A stretch of 20,000 bases of DNA, taken from positions 51,059 to 71,058 of IMG/VR virus record IMGVR_UViG_2657245422_000003; one strand, written 5' to 3'. The stretch comes from an uncultured virus (IMG/VR IMGVR_UViG_2657245422_000003) (Duplodnaviria > Heunggongvirae > Uroviricota > Caudoviricetes). The notes below the pieces were generated by a model, which saw nothing but the letters and a program-made list of their open reading frames with translations, had not been told where the DNA came from and did not search any database. The translations under genes and the position numbers were made by a program. Of this stretch, positions 18,176 through 20,000 are shown piece by piece. Numbering within the stretch: the stretch's first letter is position 1; every line of letters begins with the position of its first letter.

Positions 18176-18328
18176 TGATGAAATAATTTCTGATCTCATG
18201 ATTTTATACATATATATGTTTAAGAACGTTTATTATCCACAATTATAACAAGGATAAATCTCTTCGAAACCATGGTGATGCTACCAACTTGCTGATTTAG
18301 TGTATAATGGTGTTTTTGAGGTGCTCCC

Positions 18329-18604
18329 GTGGCTTCAGTCTCCGTCTGCTGTCCCTCCTGTTCCGCTACTGAAGGCGTGATGCGTAATGGCAAAAGTACT
18401 GCCGGGCATCAACGTTATCTCTGCTCTCACTGCCGTAAAACATGGCAGCTCACCTTCACTTATGCCGCTTCTCAGCCCGGTACACACCAGAAAATCATTG
18501 ATATGGCTATGAACGGCGTCGGTTGCCGTGCCACCGCACGACTAATGGGCGTGGGCCTCAACACCATTTTGCGCCATTTAAAAAACTCAGGCCGCAGTCA
18601 GTAA
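18329..18604 (+). CDS. insA: IS1 InsA (zinc finger + HTH)
   Basis: [34 protein letters not shown]..., 91 aa, GTG start. Confidence 0.97.
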   Translation: MASVSVCCPSCSATEGVMRNGKSTAGHQRYLCSHCRKTWQLTFTYAASQPGTHQKIIDMAMNGVGCRATARLMGVGLNTILRHLKNSGRSQ

Positions 18605-19026
18605 CCTCCCGGATACAGCCGGGCAGTGATGTCATTGTCTGTGCGGAGATGGACGAGCAATGGGGCTACGTCGGTGCAAAATCACGTCAGCGCTGGCTGT
18701 TTTACGCGTATGACAGGATACGCAGGGCGGTGGTAGCCCACGTTTTCGGTGAACGCACTATGGCCACACTGGAGCGTCTTCTGAGCCTGCTGTCAGTTTT
18801 TGACGTGGTGGTATGGATGACGGACGGCTGGCCGATGTATGAGTCACGTCTGAAGGGAAAACTGCACGTCATCAGTAAGCGTTACACGCAGCGAATTGAG
18901 CGACACAACCTGAATCTGAGACAGCATCTGGCAAGGCTGGGCAGGAAGTCCCTGTCGTTCTCAAAATCGGTGGAGCTGCATGACAAAGTCATCGGGCACT
19001 ATCTGAACATAAAACACTATCAGTAA
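18523..19026 (+). CDS. insB: IS1 InsB (DDE catalytic part of the InsAB' transposase, made by -1 frameshift)
   Basis: [21 protein letters not shown]...MTDGW...[11 protein letters not shown]. The A6C slippery site is at 18580-18586. Confidence 0.97.
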   Translation: MPCHRTTNGRGPQHHFAPFKKLRPQSVTSRIQPGSDVIVCAEMDEQWGYVGAKSRQRWLFYAYDRIRRAVVAHVFGERTMATLERLLSLLSVFDVVVWMTDGWPMYESRLKGKLHVISKRYTQRIERHNLNLRQHLARLGRKSLSFSKSVELHDKVIGHYLNIKHYQ

Positions 19027-19307
19027 ATTGGAGTCATTACCCGAAACCATAAGCGCCTTTCAACTTACATTGGACATCTGCCACCCAAGTCATTCGCGTA
19101 ATGCAACTATCTGATCCAAATAGCTTTAATATTGAAATTATGTTTCTTTTTTAACCTTCCTTTTCATTTGATTTGAATAATCGATCGATACACAAAGTAT
19201 GATAGCTTTTGCCTATCATTAGATCGTTATCGATCATTTTAAACTATTTCTCTTTCATATTTAATTATGACACGATTAGGATTATTCTTAGTTCCGGTGT
19301 TTTTTTA

Positions 19308-20000
19308 ATGATAAAGAACAGTGTGGAAATAGAATCCTGTAGATTTGTTTTAGAACCATCTTACAAAAAAGATGGTTCTGTACATTCTTGGGAAATTCTC
19401 ACGAAAAATGTTAAAAAAAAGAATGCTAATGGTTATCTTGCTAATGAAAGTGCTTTTTGTTTCAGCACACTAAGTGACAAACAAAAAATCGATTTGTTTA
19501 ATAAACAGATATTGACAATTGAAGAAATTGATGCTTCTAAATTGAAGTTAAAGCCAGTTTCGTTGAATGTTGACAGTCTAATTAGCGATTATATCTTGAA
19601 TGATAAATATATTAGCGATTACTTAAAAAAACAAAAAAACATTGCCTTTGAGATTAACGAAGAGTTTCATGAATTTAATACTAAATGCTGTATGATTGAC
19701 TTAAAGTGTCTTTCGAAATTGTGTCCAGTATGGCTGGATGATTTTGGGAGGGGTTTAACAAGTATTACAATTATTCAGATGTTTAATTTTGAATGTATAA
19801 AAATCGATAAAGATTATTTCTGGGAAATACAGTATGAGAGTAAATTATTTAAGATATTAAATGAAGTAAAATCATACTGCAATTTCGTAATTGTTGAGGG
19901 AGTTGAGACAATAGAACAAAAAAATAAAGTACATTCTGTTGTTGATTGCGCTTGCCAGGGAAGGTTGTGGATGAGTGATTACTACTATGTTGAGATTTAA
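19308..20000 (+). CDS. Stand-alone EAL-domain c-di-GMP phosphodiesterase (PdeH/YhjH-like)
   Basis: Motifs WEILT, VSLNVD, FEINE, VWLDDFGRG, IKIDK, VIVEGVET and CQG are present in EAL order. TAA stop at 19998-20000. ATG 19308 is preferred over TTG 19209. Confidence 0.9.
   Translation: MIKNSVEIESCRFVLEPSYKKDGSVHSWEILTKNVKKKNANGYLANESAFCFSTLSDKQKIDLFNKQILTIEEIDASKLKLKPVSLNVDSLISDYILNDKYISDYLKKQKNIAFEINEEFHEFNTKCCMIDLKCLSKLCPVWLDDFGRGLTSITIIQMFNFECIKIDKDYFWEIQYESKLFKILNEVKSYCNFVIVEGVETIEQKNKVHSVVDCACQGRLWMSDYYYVEI

Larger units (their letters stand above)
18274..19041 (+). mobile_element. Complete IS1-family insertion sequence (768 bp) with a 9-bp target site duplication
   Basis: IRL GGTGATGCTACCAACTTGCTGAT at 18274; IRR ...ATCAGTAAATTGGAGTCATTACC ending at 19041. 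CGAAACCAT is duplicated at 18265-18273 and 19042-19050. Confidence 0.98.

Noticed and set aside
19028..19056. Hybrid promoter from the IS1 right-end -35-like TTGGAG driving the EAL gene
   Set aside because: The sequence at 17-bp spacing is AAGCGC, which is not a credible -10.
19209..19307. TTG-initiated N-terminal extension of the EAL ORF
   Set aside because: EAL similarity begins only after ATG 19308; the extension looks like AT-rich intergenic sequence that happens to be open.

Overview
The window holds the distal tail module of a lambdoid (siphovirus-type) enterobacterial prophage or phage-plasmid, followed by AT-rich accessory DNA. All genes are on the + strand. In order: the 3' part of tail tip gene L; tail assembly gene K; an AT-rich moron with its own promoter and terminator, encoding a Cys-rich lipoprotein fused to a PDZ domain; gene I; a giant 4195-aa J-type central tail fibre; and a 474-aa side fibre with a C-terminal S74 self-cleaving chaperone. 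The J protein keeps the lambda-J N- and C-terminal parts but carries about 3100 extra residues: a coiled coil with a 44-aa period, studded with ten globular domains that are mostly carbohydrate-binding-module-like. After the phage genes come an orphan minus-strand terminator (possible small RNA), a MASE2-GGDEF diguanylate cyclase, a complete 768-bp IS1 with a 9-bp target duplication, and a stand-alone PdeH-like EAL phosphodiesterase. All family assignments come from motif recognition by eye; no database searches were run.
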